Both the position numbers and the translations under genes were made by a program. Shown piece by piece: positions 37,623-51,880 of a stretch of DNA of 64,000 nt. The stretch spans positions 516,053 through 580,052 of the forward strand of contig JALDTO010000179.1 in assembly GCA_023515725.1 (NCBI GenBank). The letters run 5' to 3'. A model generated the notes under the pieces. The model did not search any database. It was not told the DNA's origin and worked only from the letters and a program-made list of their open reading frames with translations. The stretch comes from Amoeboaphelidium protococcarum X5 (Eukaryota > Fungi > Aphelidiomycota). Position 1 is the first letter of the stretch; each line of letters begins with the position of its first letter.

Positions 37623-38897
37623 TCAAGAACGTCTAAATACATTCACCACCTTTTAGAACCATTTCAACTTTGGTGGAGCCTTTGTCTATTAATCACCTAC
37701 AGCAATACTGTTTGAACGTTACTTAAGCTGGTCAAGGCTAAGTACCCACGGATTCGTCTTCAATTCACTGATGGACGCCCGCGCTGATGAATCCTTTTAA
37801 AGCATTTAAATCAGTAGCTCTTTAGCAGATTCTGGTATATCGGATCTGGTACTAAGAAGCGTTTGTACATCAGTCTTTAGTATGTTCTTGTTGAGTTCAA
37901 ATAAAGTTTCGCCGTGGAATGGAACACTTCCCGTCAGCCAGCAATAGAGAGTAACTCCCATAGCCCAAATGTCAGCCTTCTTGTAATCGACTCCCGCATC
38001 ATCGTGATCCTGAAAGTGTTGCTAATGATCAATCAATTCTGGAGCCATAAATGCTGGACTTCCGGCTGACTTGATACGCGTCAACTGGCCCTCTGGAGTC
38101 AATGTGGCATCATCCAATATGACAGATACACCGAAATCGGATATCTTTAGCATATCGCCATTGTTAGAAATGAGAAGATTATCAGGCTTCAGATCGCGGT
38201 GCACTATATGCATATCATGAAGGTACTCAACACCATATAGCAGTTGCGAGAAGTACTATCGACACCTATCTTCACTCAATGGTGTCTATCGCTCCTCCAT
38301 TGACATTTTCATAGTGTGGCCACCGCTGCAGTATTCAAACACAATGTACAAGCAATCCTGATCCGGGTCGTTAAGAACTTCATACAACTGCACAATGTTG
38401 GGATGATTAGATCTTTTGAGAATTTCAATCTCTGTATAAATGCACATTAGTGGATCATTTCGATCAAGCGATACACTCTTATTATGGTTAATCGGATTCT
38501 AATCTACTCCACAATCCTCTGCAGAGCTGTTGGATGCGATTGAGGAACTGTGTGATGGCTGTGATTGATGATTGTGACTTCGGCGCAACGTCCTATTGCG
38601 CCTCCTCACTTTAGATTTAGAAATTTCTTTAACAGCAAACACTTGGTTAGAATTAGTGTCAATAGCCTTGTATACGACTGAATATGATCCCTCTCCAAGG
38701 ACTTCTTGCAGTAAATACTAATTTACCAGCCGGTCGTTTGACTCTAAATCGTCCATGCCAACCTCGTGTATCTTTGCAGTTTCGATTACTTTACGCCGCT
38801 CAGATTCTTTACCATTGCCGTTTTATTACTTGTATTCGAGTCGCTGTTATGCACCAGTAGAAGGTCGCCTATCCAGGGAATTGATTAAATTGAACAT
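37623..38897 (-). CDS. CAMKK/Ssp1/Sak1-family Ser/Thr kinase
   Basis: [58 protein letters not shown]. Confidence 0.9.
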
Positions 38898-39255
38898 TTA
38901 GAAGAGGTACACACACACACACACCCGCAACAGCTTAGTGATGCAGCAAGCCAAATGATGGTGTGCGAAAGTCGATAATAATTTCAAAACGGTTGATGAT
39001 CAAACACACAGCTTCTAATCATTCCATCGTTGCGTAGACACTGAGCCAACTTAGCAGCGGCCGTTCAAATTCTAGACTGATCGAGACCGTTTCCCCAACT
39101 AAGCGGTATTGTTATTGTTGATTTTTTTAGTATTGTTTCGGCACCGCAATTACTCAGCTATTGTACCTTGCTTGCTTTGCTTCTTATTTACTTACCCTAT
39201 TAAATCTCCAAATTTTTAAATCGATCGCATCGCTCTACAGGAAAACAAGCTAGCA

Positions 39256-40458
39256 ATGGTTGTTGGTACCAAGTTGGATAAGAGATCAAGTTCTGCTCTA
39301 GATGCTGCAGCTAGTATTTTTGGAGGTGGAGTAAGCGGTAGTAATAAGAATACTCTCAAGTATGCATCGCTTGTGATTTTGACTTTACAAAATTGTTCAC
39401 TCATCCTTGTTACAAGACTATCACGGCTGGTCAGTGGACCATCATATGCTACATCCACTGCGGTGTTCTTTGGTGAGTGCCTGAAAGTCTTCACTGCTGT
39501 ATTTTGTCATTTTTACACCACCGCTGGCATTCAGAATGCTGATAAAGATGTTCTAGTATCTAATAATCTTCAGACTGGAAATAGTAGCAAAGGTGGTTAT
39601 AGTGTCAATTCCATCTAAAAGTTTATCAATGATTGTTTTGGGCGAGACAGTGACTTTATTTAAATTCTAGTGCCATCCGTCTTGTACACAATCTAGAACA
39701 ATCTTTAGTACGTAGCTATTAGTCATCTTGATGTTGGTACGTATCAAGTGCTGGCGTAATTGAAGATTTTCACCACGGCTATATTTTCAGTGCTCTTCTT
39801 ACAGCGTGCTTTGGTTCAGCGCTAATGGGTATCTATTGGAATGTTGATTGTCGGTGTTGCCATAGTGCAATTGTAATCTACCGGATCTGCTTAATCCAAG
39901 TCTTCCTCTAATGTTATTGGATTCGCTGCCTCTTTCACTGCATCTGTTCTGTCTGGTATGGCTGGTGTGTATACGGAAAAGATTTTGAAGTAGAAAAGCA
40001 GCACCTCCCTTTGGATTCGTAATGTGTAGATGGGAGTCTGTGGCTCGGTGTTATCGCTAATTTTTGGCGTTTACATCTTGGACTATAAATAAGTGTCGGA
40101 GTACGGAATTTTGTATGGATACTCTAATAATATGGCAGCGATTGGGGCCGTATTTTTGAACGCGTGGGGTGGTCTTTTGACTGCCGTTGTGGTCAAGTAT
40201 GCTGATAGTATATCCAAAGGATTCGCTACATCAATCGCTATTCTACTCGGTTGTGTTGGATCATATTTCATGTTCAACTCGGTGATGAGTGCCACGTTCT
40301 TTATAGGAGCATCGCTTGTCATTGTGGCTACAATCTGTTATGGTCTACCATCGACGCCTGAACTGGAAATTAAATTTAGTTCAGCCATGAAAAAAGCCGC
40401 TCTTGCAGGACTCTTCCTTGTCCCAATGTTTATATTTATGCAACAAAGTTAGTACTGA
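39256..40458 (+). CDS. SLC35A-family nucleotide-sugar (UDP-galactose-type) transporter
   Basis: LKYASLVILTLQN, STAVF.GE.LK, YTIQNNLQY, AGVYTEKILK, WIRNVQM, VVKYADSISKGFATS. Confidence 0.92.
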
Positions 40459-40647
40459 TGATTGATCTTTTAAAGTGTTAATATGATAATAGTCAGAAGA
40501 CTTGACGATAATGATGATTGCTAGTAAAATGCTTATCTATTCCTAAATATTTTATAGTAACCAATTCACGCGTAATACAATACTTCCTTTTGTTTATCAT
40601 TAACAGCAGAAAGTAAAGTATACTGTACTGTCAATCCAGAAGGATAA

Positions 40648-41742
40648 TCAATTCTCCAGTTGCAGTCCAAGACCAAACTTGCTAGTTCCTTTCGAGTGGT
40701 TCAAATCTGCAGACATAAGGAAACTAAATCCAGGTCCGAGACGCTATTCCATAAAAGTGGCCACACGTCCAGTAGTGTCAACCTGAGCTCTCACAGAAGC
40801 AGCACGGAAATCCCACTTGGCACCCAGTGTGCACACAGACTCACGCTATTACTCATTCAGGTTGACCACCTGCAGATCAGCACCCAACTCCACCTGCTCA
40901 GAAATCTTCTAAAAGTACGTAGCCTGCATGATTCCCAGCTGGCAATAGCTCACGGTAGCCTTGTAATCTGGAGCCTGATACTTGGCCACGTAGGTCAACT
41001 GGGGCTCAGTGAATTGAGCTTCAGGCAACTTTTACAGTGCCGCTTCAACACCGACAGCCAGGCCTTTAGTCACGGATTGCAGATGGGATAGAGACACAAT
41101 CTAGTTACCAGCAGCTGCATGAGCAACTCTAGCATAAGTGGAATAATCCAGTCCAGTATAATCAACCTCAAATCCAACAGATGTTGGCACCTGAGGGCCC
41201 ATACTTGGGGACAATTTCAAGGCCAGATTACTCAAAGGAGAGTAAGATACGGACGCGTTCAAATTCTAATCATTATCCATGACACCTCTCAGGAACCATT
41301 ACTAGCTAGTAAAGAACGTGCCGAACGAGTACTGCTGAGGAGCAACCTGGGAACCGAGCATAAAGGAGTGCATAACCTGAAAATTAGGAGACAGCACCTT
41401 GCCAAAATCGAATTTCGCTCCATCGAACAGCATCTGATTGGCAAACACACCACGCACCTCATTAGTCATTCCCTCAAACTTTCCAGGATTAGGAAGACCC
41501 CAAGACTTGCGCCAGTTATTGTACGCAGCCACCCAACCTCTGGTCTCGGCAGCAACCTCCTTCGCAGCTCCCTTGGCCTTATTCTTCAAATGCTTAGCCT
41601 CACCCTTGACAGCCTGTGCCTCACTCTTAATTGCGTTCTCAGCTTTGAGGGCAGCCTCCTCCAGGCGATGAGCAACACCAGGCTTACGTGGATCGATATT
41701 CGCAGTGCCAACAGTTGGCGGTACAGCAGTCTTTTCTGGCAT
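40648..41742 (-). CDS. TOM40: Mitochondrial import channel Tom40
   Basis: GLPNPGKFE, FDGAKFD..K.LSPNFQV.HS, beta-barrel pattern, C-terminal FGLGLQLEN. Confidence 0.93.
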
Positions 41743-42467
41743 AATGATTTCTATACTCGTTATTATTATTGCTATTCAGAATCTGTAGAATTTAAATCTG
41801 ACAATATAGATTTTAAAAAGAAAACCTCACAAAATAGCTCTTAAATTGCAATGAGAACGACACTTGGTAGGTGGGTTTACAATACGCGCGCGAGAAAGGA
41901 AATGGGTGTTCTTCACCAGCACACTAAATTGCCTGTGATACTGTAATCTTTCTTCGCGCGCTCCATTCTCATTTTTAAGATAACGGCGGTTGAGTCACAG
42001 AGCGATCTGTTATAACAGTAATGGCAGTCGGTGTGAATCACCTTACGGATGATCGCGCGTATCTTTCTCCTTATACTCTACGCGTCATCATTTGATTTAT
42101 ACTCTTCTTTTATGCTATCCAGTTCCTTTAAATCGCTCTTTATATGCTAACTTTAAATCATCTTCCATTGGTTGAATGGTATGAAGTAAGCCGTTCTGTA
42201 AAGTGATGGGTTACTTAGATTTCCCGCTTTTGATTAAGCGCTGCGGGCTCAAAGTGCATTTACGCACACTTTCAACGTTCTTTGGAATTTATTGTATTGT
42301 AAGTTTAAAGCATTGCCTCTTGTTTTGTATTACATCGATCAACACCACAGAGTATTGTCGTTCTCTCTCTTTACTCTCTGCATGTAATTACGCCGCGATC
42401 CTTTTGTTCCTATTTAACTTTTTTCTTTCAGTCTATTGTTTTAATTATTTTTTGGTAAGACTTGAAG

Positions 42468-43580
42468 ATGGAGTAACTTTAATAAGATAGTCTAGAGTCC
42501 ACTAATGTATCACAGTATATAGCTTATTAGTCTGCAAAAGTAGAATCTTTATTAATAAAGATTAATAATGCAATAGATTCTGCTTAGTATGATACAGTGG
42601 TTGAGGCTAATTAAATCACGTTATAGTTGGAAAGTGATCAGCTATACGCACATTCAGAATTACGGCGATTGTATGAAGGTCGATTTCAGGAATTGGAGAC
42701 TATAGTGATGAATCCTGTGGAATATGCTAGAGTCATTTAAATACTTGGAAATTGCGTGAATATCACGAAAGAAGATGCACTGTTGGATCGTATCCGGGCA
42801 GTTGTATCTTAGTAGTAGGCAATGATAATCCATATAACAGCAGCGGCAATATCTCCAATGTAGTAGCTATCAGATGAGTAATATGATCGAGTTGTCCAAT
42901 TAAGTCAAGATCTTATTGAAATGGACAGGACTAAGCGGTAGATCATTCAATTCATAGCCACGCAAATGCACTATATTGCTCCAAACACCACCGCTCTGGT
43001 TGGTACTCGTATTGCCGCGCAATTGATATCCACTACGGGTGGTCTCTCTGCCCTGTGCAAGATTCCCGCATGTAATTTACCGAATGTTGGCAAGTCTAAT
43101 AAACCGCTGGCGGGATATAGTACGAGGTTGGATGGCTACAAGAATGGTCATGTGTGGGAGTGTGATCTACTGGATAATGTACCGTCTGACATGAAGTAGA
43201 AGTGTGTAAAGCTGATTTGCAACAAGGTCACTCTCTCAGCGCGTCTAGATCTCGTCAAGAGTAATCCTGATGGAGGCGAGGGGCAGCGGTTCAGGGAAGA
43301 GGTGATGCAGAAGATTGATTTGATGCTCACACCGCCTGAACATTAGGATGCCAAAGTTCTTAAAGCTCCCATTAATGAGCCACGTAAGAAGAGAGGTGGT
43401 AAGCGGGCTCGGCGCTAGAAAGAGCGATTTGAAGCCACGGCGTTGAGGAAGGCTTAGAATAGAATGGCTTTCGGTGTTGCTGAAGATGAAATTCTGGTTA
43501 ATGATGAATTTGAAGGTCTTGGTATGCTCTCTACCTCGACAGCTTAAAAGTCCTAATCTAAGAGAACCAAAATTTAGTGA
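42468..43580 (+). CDS. PRP31: U4/U6 snRNP protein Prp31, short at the C-terminus
   Basis: RFQELETIV.NPVEYAR, IAPNTTALVG, KIPACN, RKKRGGKRARR.KE, RKAQNRMAFG. Confidence 0.92.
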
Positions 43581-43666
43581 TTTTAATGTTGGATATTGCA
43601 TGATGCCAATGAATATAAAACTTAAATCTTATTTCCATCTGCTGACTATATTCTAGTAATAAATCA

Positions 43667-44518
43667 TCATTATCCGAGCAGAGGGAGTTCATTATGAACA
43701 CGTAACTCATTTAACAACCGCTAAACGTTCACTGAAATGGAACGAGGAGTATTACACTGCAGTTACTCAATCTAATCCATCAAGAAGCATCCGCTATCGT
43801 GATCGCATAGAAACTGTTTAATATCACGCTACAACCTCCGCAAACGATTGAGCACAATTTCCATTCCAATGGCAGAGACACCACTTGCCACTGCCAGCGG
43901 AATTCCAAGAGGATGATCTCTACTACGGGCAATAACGCCATTACAGAAGCTAAATATGCAAGATAATCGTGCCTCATTCCGACGCCGTGTATAGAACTTT
44001 GCTTCCAGGTAAGACTCTGCGATAAGCCGTAGATCCAAAGTTTGTATCCCTAACATACCTTTGTTAATGATAGATTCATACTACTTTACACCAGGGAGCC
44101 GCGACATAAAGAGCCCCAATCTTGATTTAGAACGCGATTACGCGTGGGGCGCGATTGATTATGATTATCGCAAGACTGATCCAACTTGAGATACAGATGC
44201 GGGTGGCGATACTTTGGGTTGTTCATCAGGCAGAGGATAGTAGATATCAGCCGCAGCAAGAGTCAATGGGTTAGCCAGATTTTCATGATCGCCAATATCA
44301 CTAAAATCATCTATCAGAGGCCGATGAGGCCGATGTTATTATAATTAATTCTCGTGATATTCGCTGACACTTTCCAATGATGGAGCCCACTTGCCTATCG
44401 GTCGAGAAGGTTGAGCCTATCTCTACTGTGATGCCGCTTCTTAGTACAAATACCTACGATTCATTGACCATACAGAATTGATCGAGGCGCATATAACTAG
44501 AAATTCGAGCAATATCAT
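43667..44518 (-). CDS. Hypothetical protein with putative signal peptide
   Basis: 283-codon open frame under TAR=Gln. N-terminus MILLEFLVICASINSVWS followed by MNRR; ends TAA TGA TGA. Confidence 0.55.
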
Positions 44519-44932
44519 CCTTTATTATCTATGCGCGAACATTGTATGATATGTGTAAGGTTAACAACATAGGTGGAGATTGAAAAAATCAATTCCCTCT
44601 TCTCCGCTTTCATCAAGTCAAATCGCAAAGGGTTTTGTCGCCACGCGGTTTGAACGGAACTGAAGGGATTTTTGACTGAGCTTTAGATACAATGAATGCA
44701 TCTAACAAGAGTTAAAGACGCGATTTATTTGTAATTATGGATAATTTGATCCCGTTATAAGGTCATTATATTAACAATGATATCCAGGACTCGTTGCCGC
44801 CACAATGAAAACGCTGACTTTAAGTTGTTTTATATGAGGGCGCAGTCTTGATGTTCTTCTCTTCTCCTTTCGTGGTCTAAAGCTCTTGAAAGATCTTAGT
44901 TTAGTCTCTCTCTAAGTCGCTTATAATAGAAT

Positions 44933-46180
44933 ATGACTTAAGAAGTTGAATTTGTTGAAAAGACATTCATTGCGCCAGTTAATATTGCGGTGGTAAAGTA
45001 TTGGGGGAAGCGCGACACTGAACTAATTCTACCCACTAATAGTTCGCTCTCAGTCACATTGGACACTGATGACCTGCACTCCAAGACTACTGTACGCGTC
45101 TACTGTCCTCAAAGCGGGAGTTAATGGTCAAGCGATAGCAGCGATGATGTTGAGTTCTGGTTGAATGGAGTTAAAGAGCCGCTGAGTAAACGCATGATCA
45201 AGATTGTGAGATAGCTGCGTTCATAGCGAGCCTTGTTGGAGTAGGAGCAGGAGGATACTTCCACCACCTCTGAATGCCTTCCATTGTCTCAGTGGCCATT
45301 GCGAATCATCAGCGAAAATAATTTCCCCACCGCTGCCGGTCTAGCTTCATCTGCCAGTGGACTGGCGTGCTTTGTCGTTACTCTTGCCAGTGTGTACGGT
45401 TTGACTGACTTGAGCGATGAGTCTTTAACGCAGTTGAGCCGTCTAGCGAGATAAGGTAGTGGAAGTGCGTGCAGAAGTCTATTCGGTGGCTATGTCAAAT
45501 GGGAAATGGGTGCCGCCGAGAGTGGCCATGATAGCGTTGCGGTCCAAGCGGCTTCCAAGTAGCACTGGCCAGAGATGAGAGCCTTCATCCTAGTGGTGAA
45601 TGATGCCAAGAAGGATGTTAGCTCTACCGCTGGGATGTAGTAGACTGTGTAAACTTCTCCTCTATTCTAGCACAGAGTACGCGAAGTTGTGTCAGGTAGA
45701 ATGGAGTAAATGGAACGTGCCATCATCTCTAAAGATTTTGCCACTTTCGCTCATCTCACCATGCAGGATTCAAACAGCTTCCATGCCGTCTGCATGGACA
45801 CCTATCCTCCTATATTCTACTTGAATGACACCTCAAAGCAGGTGATTGCGTGGGTGCACAAGTTTAATCAAGCGGCAGGTAGAATGGTGTTGGCTTACAC
45901 ATTCGACGCTGGTCCAAATGCAGTCTTGTACTTTCGAGATCAAGATTATGACCTGGTTCTGTCAGCTCTCAGTACATTGTTCGACTTGTCTTTATTAGAA
46001 TAAAGCTCTCGACCTGATGTCAGTTCGATTATGAAGGACATACCTTAAAGTAGCCTGTCCATCTTGTAACAGTTGCGTGCCGTTCATCCAACTCTACTCG
46101 ATAATGGATCTATCAAACGCGTTATATCGACTCGAGTTGGAGATGGACCGCGTGAAGTCTTCTAACCATTATCTCTATGA
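44933..46180 (+). CDS. MVD1: Diphosphomevalonate decarboxylase
   Basis: [80 protein letters not shown]. Confidence 0.96.
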
Positions 46181-46310
46181 ATAATGTACTTTTATGACTA
46201 TATCACTGTGTTATTCAGTAAGATTTAACATTTATACTTTATAGTCTCTTTACTTAATTCCCCTTGGTTGTTTTTTCTATCCAAAGTTGATCAAGTCTTT
46301 TACATCAAAA

Positions 46311-46744
46311 ATGTCGTCGCTATCCTCTTAAAGCTAATAGGTAATTTCAGCTATATATTTAATACAATTTAACCGCTTTATATTCACCTAATTAAGTAAA
46401 CTAGTAATTGTAGAGCGTCTTTAATGTCTTTGTACTTCATCAAGTTATCGCGATCGCTCTCGGATTGATGGCCGCCATCAGTCAAAGTTCTGGTTACACT
46501 GGATTTGCAATGTAAGAATATTACCATAATGCAATGCATCTAAGTTTTTTTTAATTAAAATGATTTTAAAATTAAAGCGATCAAGTGTAGATATTTCTCA
46601 GGATCATCAATGTTGTCCAAGTATGCTCTGCGAAGTGTTTTTGGTGCTGATTAGTACAATTATGAAGACGCGCTCAAGACTCACATCATGCCTGGAATGT
46701 CAACCTTTCTGCTGGCTTGGATCTTTACACACAATATGCTTTGA
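46311..46744 (+). CDS. Rab5ip-family small membrane protein (RAB5IF/EMC6-like)
   Basis: Three exons (introns 46341-46413, 46512-46590): HQVIAIALGL...GYTGFAIYF...GMSTFLLAWIFTHN. Confidence 0.7.
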
Positions 46745-46865
46745 TTATACATTTGTAGTTTGCAACTAGGTTTACTACGGGTATAAAATTGAGAACGATA
46801 ACGTTGGAATGTTGAAATTAAAGTGCCATATTCTCACAATCAATCTTCTTTTTATTATTATCATA

Positions 46866-49800
46866 TCATGACTGCTCTGTACTGTCTCCTTAATCACCAA
46901 CCATTGCAGAGGCTGTGGGAGGTAGAAAGGATGAGGAGGAGTTTCTAGCAGAAGATGCCACGGATGATCCATCATTAGAGGATGGATTGAACGTGTCCAC
47001 ATACCGAGACCTTGCATTCCTTCTCAACGTACCCATCTTTCTAGATTGCGGGAACTGCATATTACTCTCAGAGCCACTGTTATTACCGCCAGCTGCACCA
47101 CCTAATGATGAGGGTGGAACAGGTGTTGTCATTCTCGAGTTTGGAGTTGATTGACTCACTAAACTACCAGTGCTATATGACTGCAGAGGTGGCTATGCAG
47201 ATGGCGGACGAGTCATGGACATCTTTGGTGGAGGCGCTATAGGCTGCTTATCTTTATCATCACTATCTTTAGGTGCCGCCTCATTAACCCACTTCTTCAA
47301 AACGGGGTCATAGTAAAATTTACTCTTCTCACCAAGATTCACTTACTTGGGTCCACCAGCGGAAGATCCAGCACCACCACCTGCCGAGGATTGACTTGTA
47401 TTCGACGCATTAGACTTGTCCCGTCTCAAAAATGATAGTGCCCTGGACAGAGTTGTGATGATGGATCCATCAGCATTCGTTTCCTACTTAACCGAATCTC
47501 CTCCACTCTGAACATCACTTTAAGTCGAAGCCCCACCAGTCTATTCACTTTTCTACTGTGAACCACCATCTCGCTGATTATCAGGCTTATTCTTGGACAA
47601 ACTGTTATTACCAAAACCGAGATCATCTAAATAGCTGTCACCATCAGATTTCTACTACAACTTTTGATACTACTAGCCTTGATTATAAGCGGTCTAAGGT
47701 GCAGTGTGTTACTACTATTCCTAATACTGATTAGAAGCCTATTCAAATTCACTTTGAACAACTGACTGATCTTGTAATGGCTGCGGATCAGAAAATTACT
47801 AATAAACAGAGGTCTCTTCGCCTTTCTGTTCAGCCTTCAGCGTTTAAGGAGCGGCACTTTATGGCTACTTGGGCACCTAATCAATGTTCTAGGCCTAACT
47901 GACACTGCCAGCATTTAAATCCTACTACTATTAATAACCATACTATGTCTAATCATCAGTATTACTTTCGCTAGTAGGTTTATAAGATTAGCTCTGTTCA
48001 TCATAAGATTAATATCCAGAATACTACTATTAATACTGTCCATACTGCTGATAAGTTTGAGAACTACTATATATTTCTTGGCCTTGATCTACAGTTGTCA
48101 CCACTTGCTACTGCTGATAGGAATAAACGCCATAACTTTACTATGACTAGTACGGATCAGACACCGTGCCAGATTATGACTGTTCTTGCTATAGCTACTG
48201 AGGAGGCAACTACTACTCTTAATAAGTCTTGACTGGATTCTTCTGGCTATCGTACGTGGAATTGGACATAGACTGTGCGGTAAACGTGCTCTACTAGGAC
48301 ATTTACTAATTACCAGTGGAAGCTACCGATTGCGCGTCATACCCATATCCACCATACAACTGATCAGAATATCCGTACGCTTATGGAGCCTACTACGATG
48401 TAGCAGAAGAGGAGTACAAATTCTAACTTTGCTCACTCTTGCTACTAGGTGAAATACCACCGCCAGATGCAGACATAGTGGAAGACTACATAGTAGTATC
48501 TTTCTTCATCGTTAAAGTATCAGCACGCTTCTATTATTGTATCTACTACTACTGCTACTATTGCTGCTCACTCTCAACACCAATAATCTTGGTCAAACCA
48601 CGATCAAAGGCATCGAAAATACCTTAAGGCATTTTAGCCAACCATGAACCATCTCCACCGCTTTATACAGCAGTTCCAGATGATGATAACTATTCAGACA
48701 TGGATTGCAGCAGCTTCATCACTTACGGATTCACGTACAGAGATGGCTTATTGAATTATTTAATTTAGGACACCACAGCCTCGCAATACTTCCCCGCAAT
48801 GGCACTGTGACCGGCATCAATCAGCAGAGCAGCCATCCATAATTTATACCCGACAAGGTAAGGACTAACACTTCCAAATGCTAGTTGTTAATAATGTTCA
48901 AACACCTCACTCATCGCCAAGTCGCCGGGCTTAATCCCATGGACAAGCTACAATCTGCGCACACCGAGCACCTAAATCTTCAGAGCCAGAGCATCCTGAG
49001 ATGAAGATGCCAGTAAGTAGCACAGATGCGACGCATGAATGTTTTACCTTGCTAGAATATCACCAAGCTGCATAAGGCATATACTTTCCTGGGCAGGTTT
49101 ATTCGCCACGATTGTAGTCACGATCTGCCGCCAGCTTTGTGAGTAGTCAACATCGGACGACACCTGAATATGCCCAGTGAATGACTGATATAAAACCTTC
49201 AGAGGATCACCATCCGCAGACTAAGCAGCAACTGCAACCAAAACTTCATTATACACTTCTTTAGAGCAATGAGCAGCAATGATCAAGGCATGATCATACA
49301 AGTGCGCGCGCAATAACAACGGAATGCAATCGCTTCTTTTACCTTACATCAAGAGAGCCCTCACTTCATTAAGAACATCAATGTGAGGAGTTGGAGTGGA
49401 CAGTTACAAATCTAAACTTTACAGCTTGTCAGATTCTAAAACTTTGCTAAGCACGGCTTAAGATAATCCAGACGCCAAAACCTTACCATCACTTTCTGCT
49501 ACAACCTTTAACAGACTCCATAATACATGATCATCTTTAAATGAAGCGGACTAATGATCACTAATGAACTTTAAAAGATCCTTCTTCTTCAACTTACCAA
49601 CAGGTCCGTTAAGTGTAATAATCTGCGTGAATGCTGAATCAACCAACTTTGACATATTATGCACCGCCACCATTCCTGGATATAATTTGGACACTTACTG
49701 CATACGACCATTCACAGACATGTATCTGGTAGACTACTTGGGGAACATACACATCATTTTACCTCCAAAGCCAAAAGATAATAAAGCACATCCTTTTCTC

Positions 49801-51683
49801 CATGATCTATCATCGGTAGGTGGTTGAGGGGTAAGAGACTGCTAAGGAATCTCTTAATTTTGCTGTTGTTCATTCCCTTAGGTGTGAACTCCGGTGTAAG
49901 CACCGGCTCCAGCAGTATAACCTTGATCATTCGCATATCCATTTGCGTAATCACCCTATGGCATTTCAGAATAAGAATTCTAATCAATATTATAATAAGT
50001 GGGAGCGCTATAACGACTAAACTTGGAGTCCAATGAGCCAAAACTGCTTCTATTCGGCGGGGAGAGTAATCTCTACGGCAGCGCACTAGGACCATTCTAC
50101 GGTTAAACCGCCTCATCTGGGCTCATCACAGACGCTAAAGCAGAGCCACACTTGCTGCAGAAATTCGCCTCCTTGTCATTCATCTTCTTACATTTACCAC
50201 ACGGCTTTGAATCAACGGTAGTGGCACGGTGTGATACTGAACTCTAAATATCATCTTCAGACTGCGGAAATGATTTCTGCTAATTGTGACCATCTGATAA
50301 CACCGATTGCGATTACTAGCCATAAGAATACTACTAATGATCATAAGATTGGCTTTGAGGCTGCTGCTGATACTAATAGTTGTAAGAAGAGTCAGAGGCA
50401 TACTGGTAAGAACCATTTGGAGCATTGTAATCATAACCACCATACGCCTAATCTACCGACTAATTGTGGCTATACGTACCACTATATTAAGAAGTAACAG
50501 ACAAAGCCTGTTTAACTGTACTGCCGCCGGGAGGAGACTTGACGCTTTTCTAAGGAGACAAATCCCGTTGAAAAGTGTCCGATTAATAACCTTAGTTGTT
50601 CACAGCATGGCTAGCATCAGACTAGTATCCAGACACATTCTACTAATTAAAATGATTAGGCTCAAATTCTTGCTGTTATTGAGCATTTTGAGATTAGTCT
50701 CCATATTCAGACTAAGCATAGTCACCAGCCATATATCCAGGCGGCGCTTCATTAGCTAACTAGTCACCATCGCCAGCCTTAAAGTCGAAAGATGTAGACG
50801 GCTCATACTACTGCTCATCAAATTTATCCTCCTCGAACAACTGCTCTGCTGTATAATCCTATTCAAAATGATCGCCATTAGTGGCAGGAACATGCTACCC
50901 TTGAACAGCCTGAAATACTTCGCTTGCCTTAACAGGTTGGGACACATCAGGCTTTTACGCAGTGACAGTCCTTTGTGGAGTATGCGACAACACTAGTTGA
51001 TCCAAGTCATCGGTCATTGCATCAACCGGATCGCCTTTAAACTGATTCTACTGACCACTAAGACTTTGCACCTATTGTGCTCCAATGACCACATTCTCAG
51101 TATTACTATCATTCAGATCGATGTCTTGGTGACGATCATAGTCCGCTTTTAACAACTGCTCAACCTCAAAGTCGTCTAAATACCCAAAATCATCATCCTA
51201 GTCTTGAGTACCACCATCAGCATCGCCATTCTACTGATACTACTAAGCTTAAAATTAATCAGTAAAGTCAAAATTCTACTACTAGTCATAAGGCAATGGA
51301 TCGTTCGAAGATGAATAATTCTAGCCAAACGGATCACTCTATGGAACTTACTGCTACTACTATGGAACACCATTAGATTCAAAGTGGAATGAAGCAACAT
51401 CGGCATTCTAGTTAGAACTGAACTGCTGCGCCATCGGAGCATCATATGGTTAGTACTAAGAACCACCAGACATTGAAAAATCGTTTCCATAACCATTCAC
51501 CTGTTGAACAGCAGTCTAATAGTTGACACTCGCAGTCTAGCTATTGCCAAAGTCCGCAGTAACAGTAGATGACTGCTACTGACCAAATCCACCGAACGGA
51601 TCATCCTGACCCTCACTAAAGAATGGAATAGGACGGTCAAACTCTTATTCGACTTACTAATCTTCCTTCTTTTATTAATTCAT
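46866..51683 (-). CDS. SEC16: COPII coat assembly scaffold Sec16
   Basis: Single frame of about 1,600 aa, rich in TAR-encoded Gln. SFGFGGK, HALIIA, WRQ...IVAN, HASHLCYL, YKLW.A..L.D.G, LGEKSKFYYDPVLKKWVN, RSRYVDTFN. Confidence 0.92.
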
Positions 51684-51880
51684 AAAATTTATTAAAGAAT
51701 AATTTTAACTTTTAGCGTATTAACCAGGCTTAAATACGGTAAATAGTACTGTATAAGCTGAACGAGACAAAAAGAGAATTTCAAAGGGCGATGAAGGAAA
51801 AGATTGATCAATGATAAAACATTCTTACGAATACGTTCATGTACGAGAGGTACCGATAAATAACCAATTACGGTATAATC

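Noticed and set aside
40660-41844. Long plus-strand ORFs (143 and 241 aa)
   Set aside because: Antisense shadows of TOM40.
49564-51496. Several hydrophobic Ile/Leu/Met-rich ORFs on both strands
   Set aside because: Alternative frames of the low-complexity Sec16 N-terminus.
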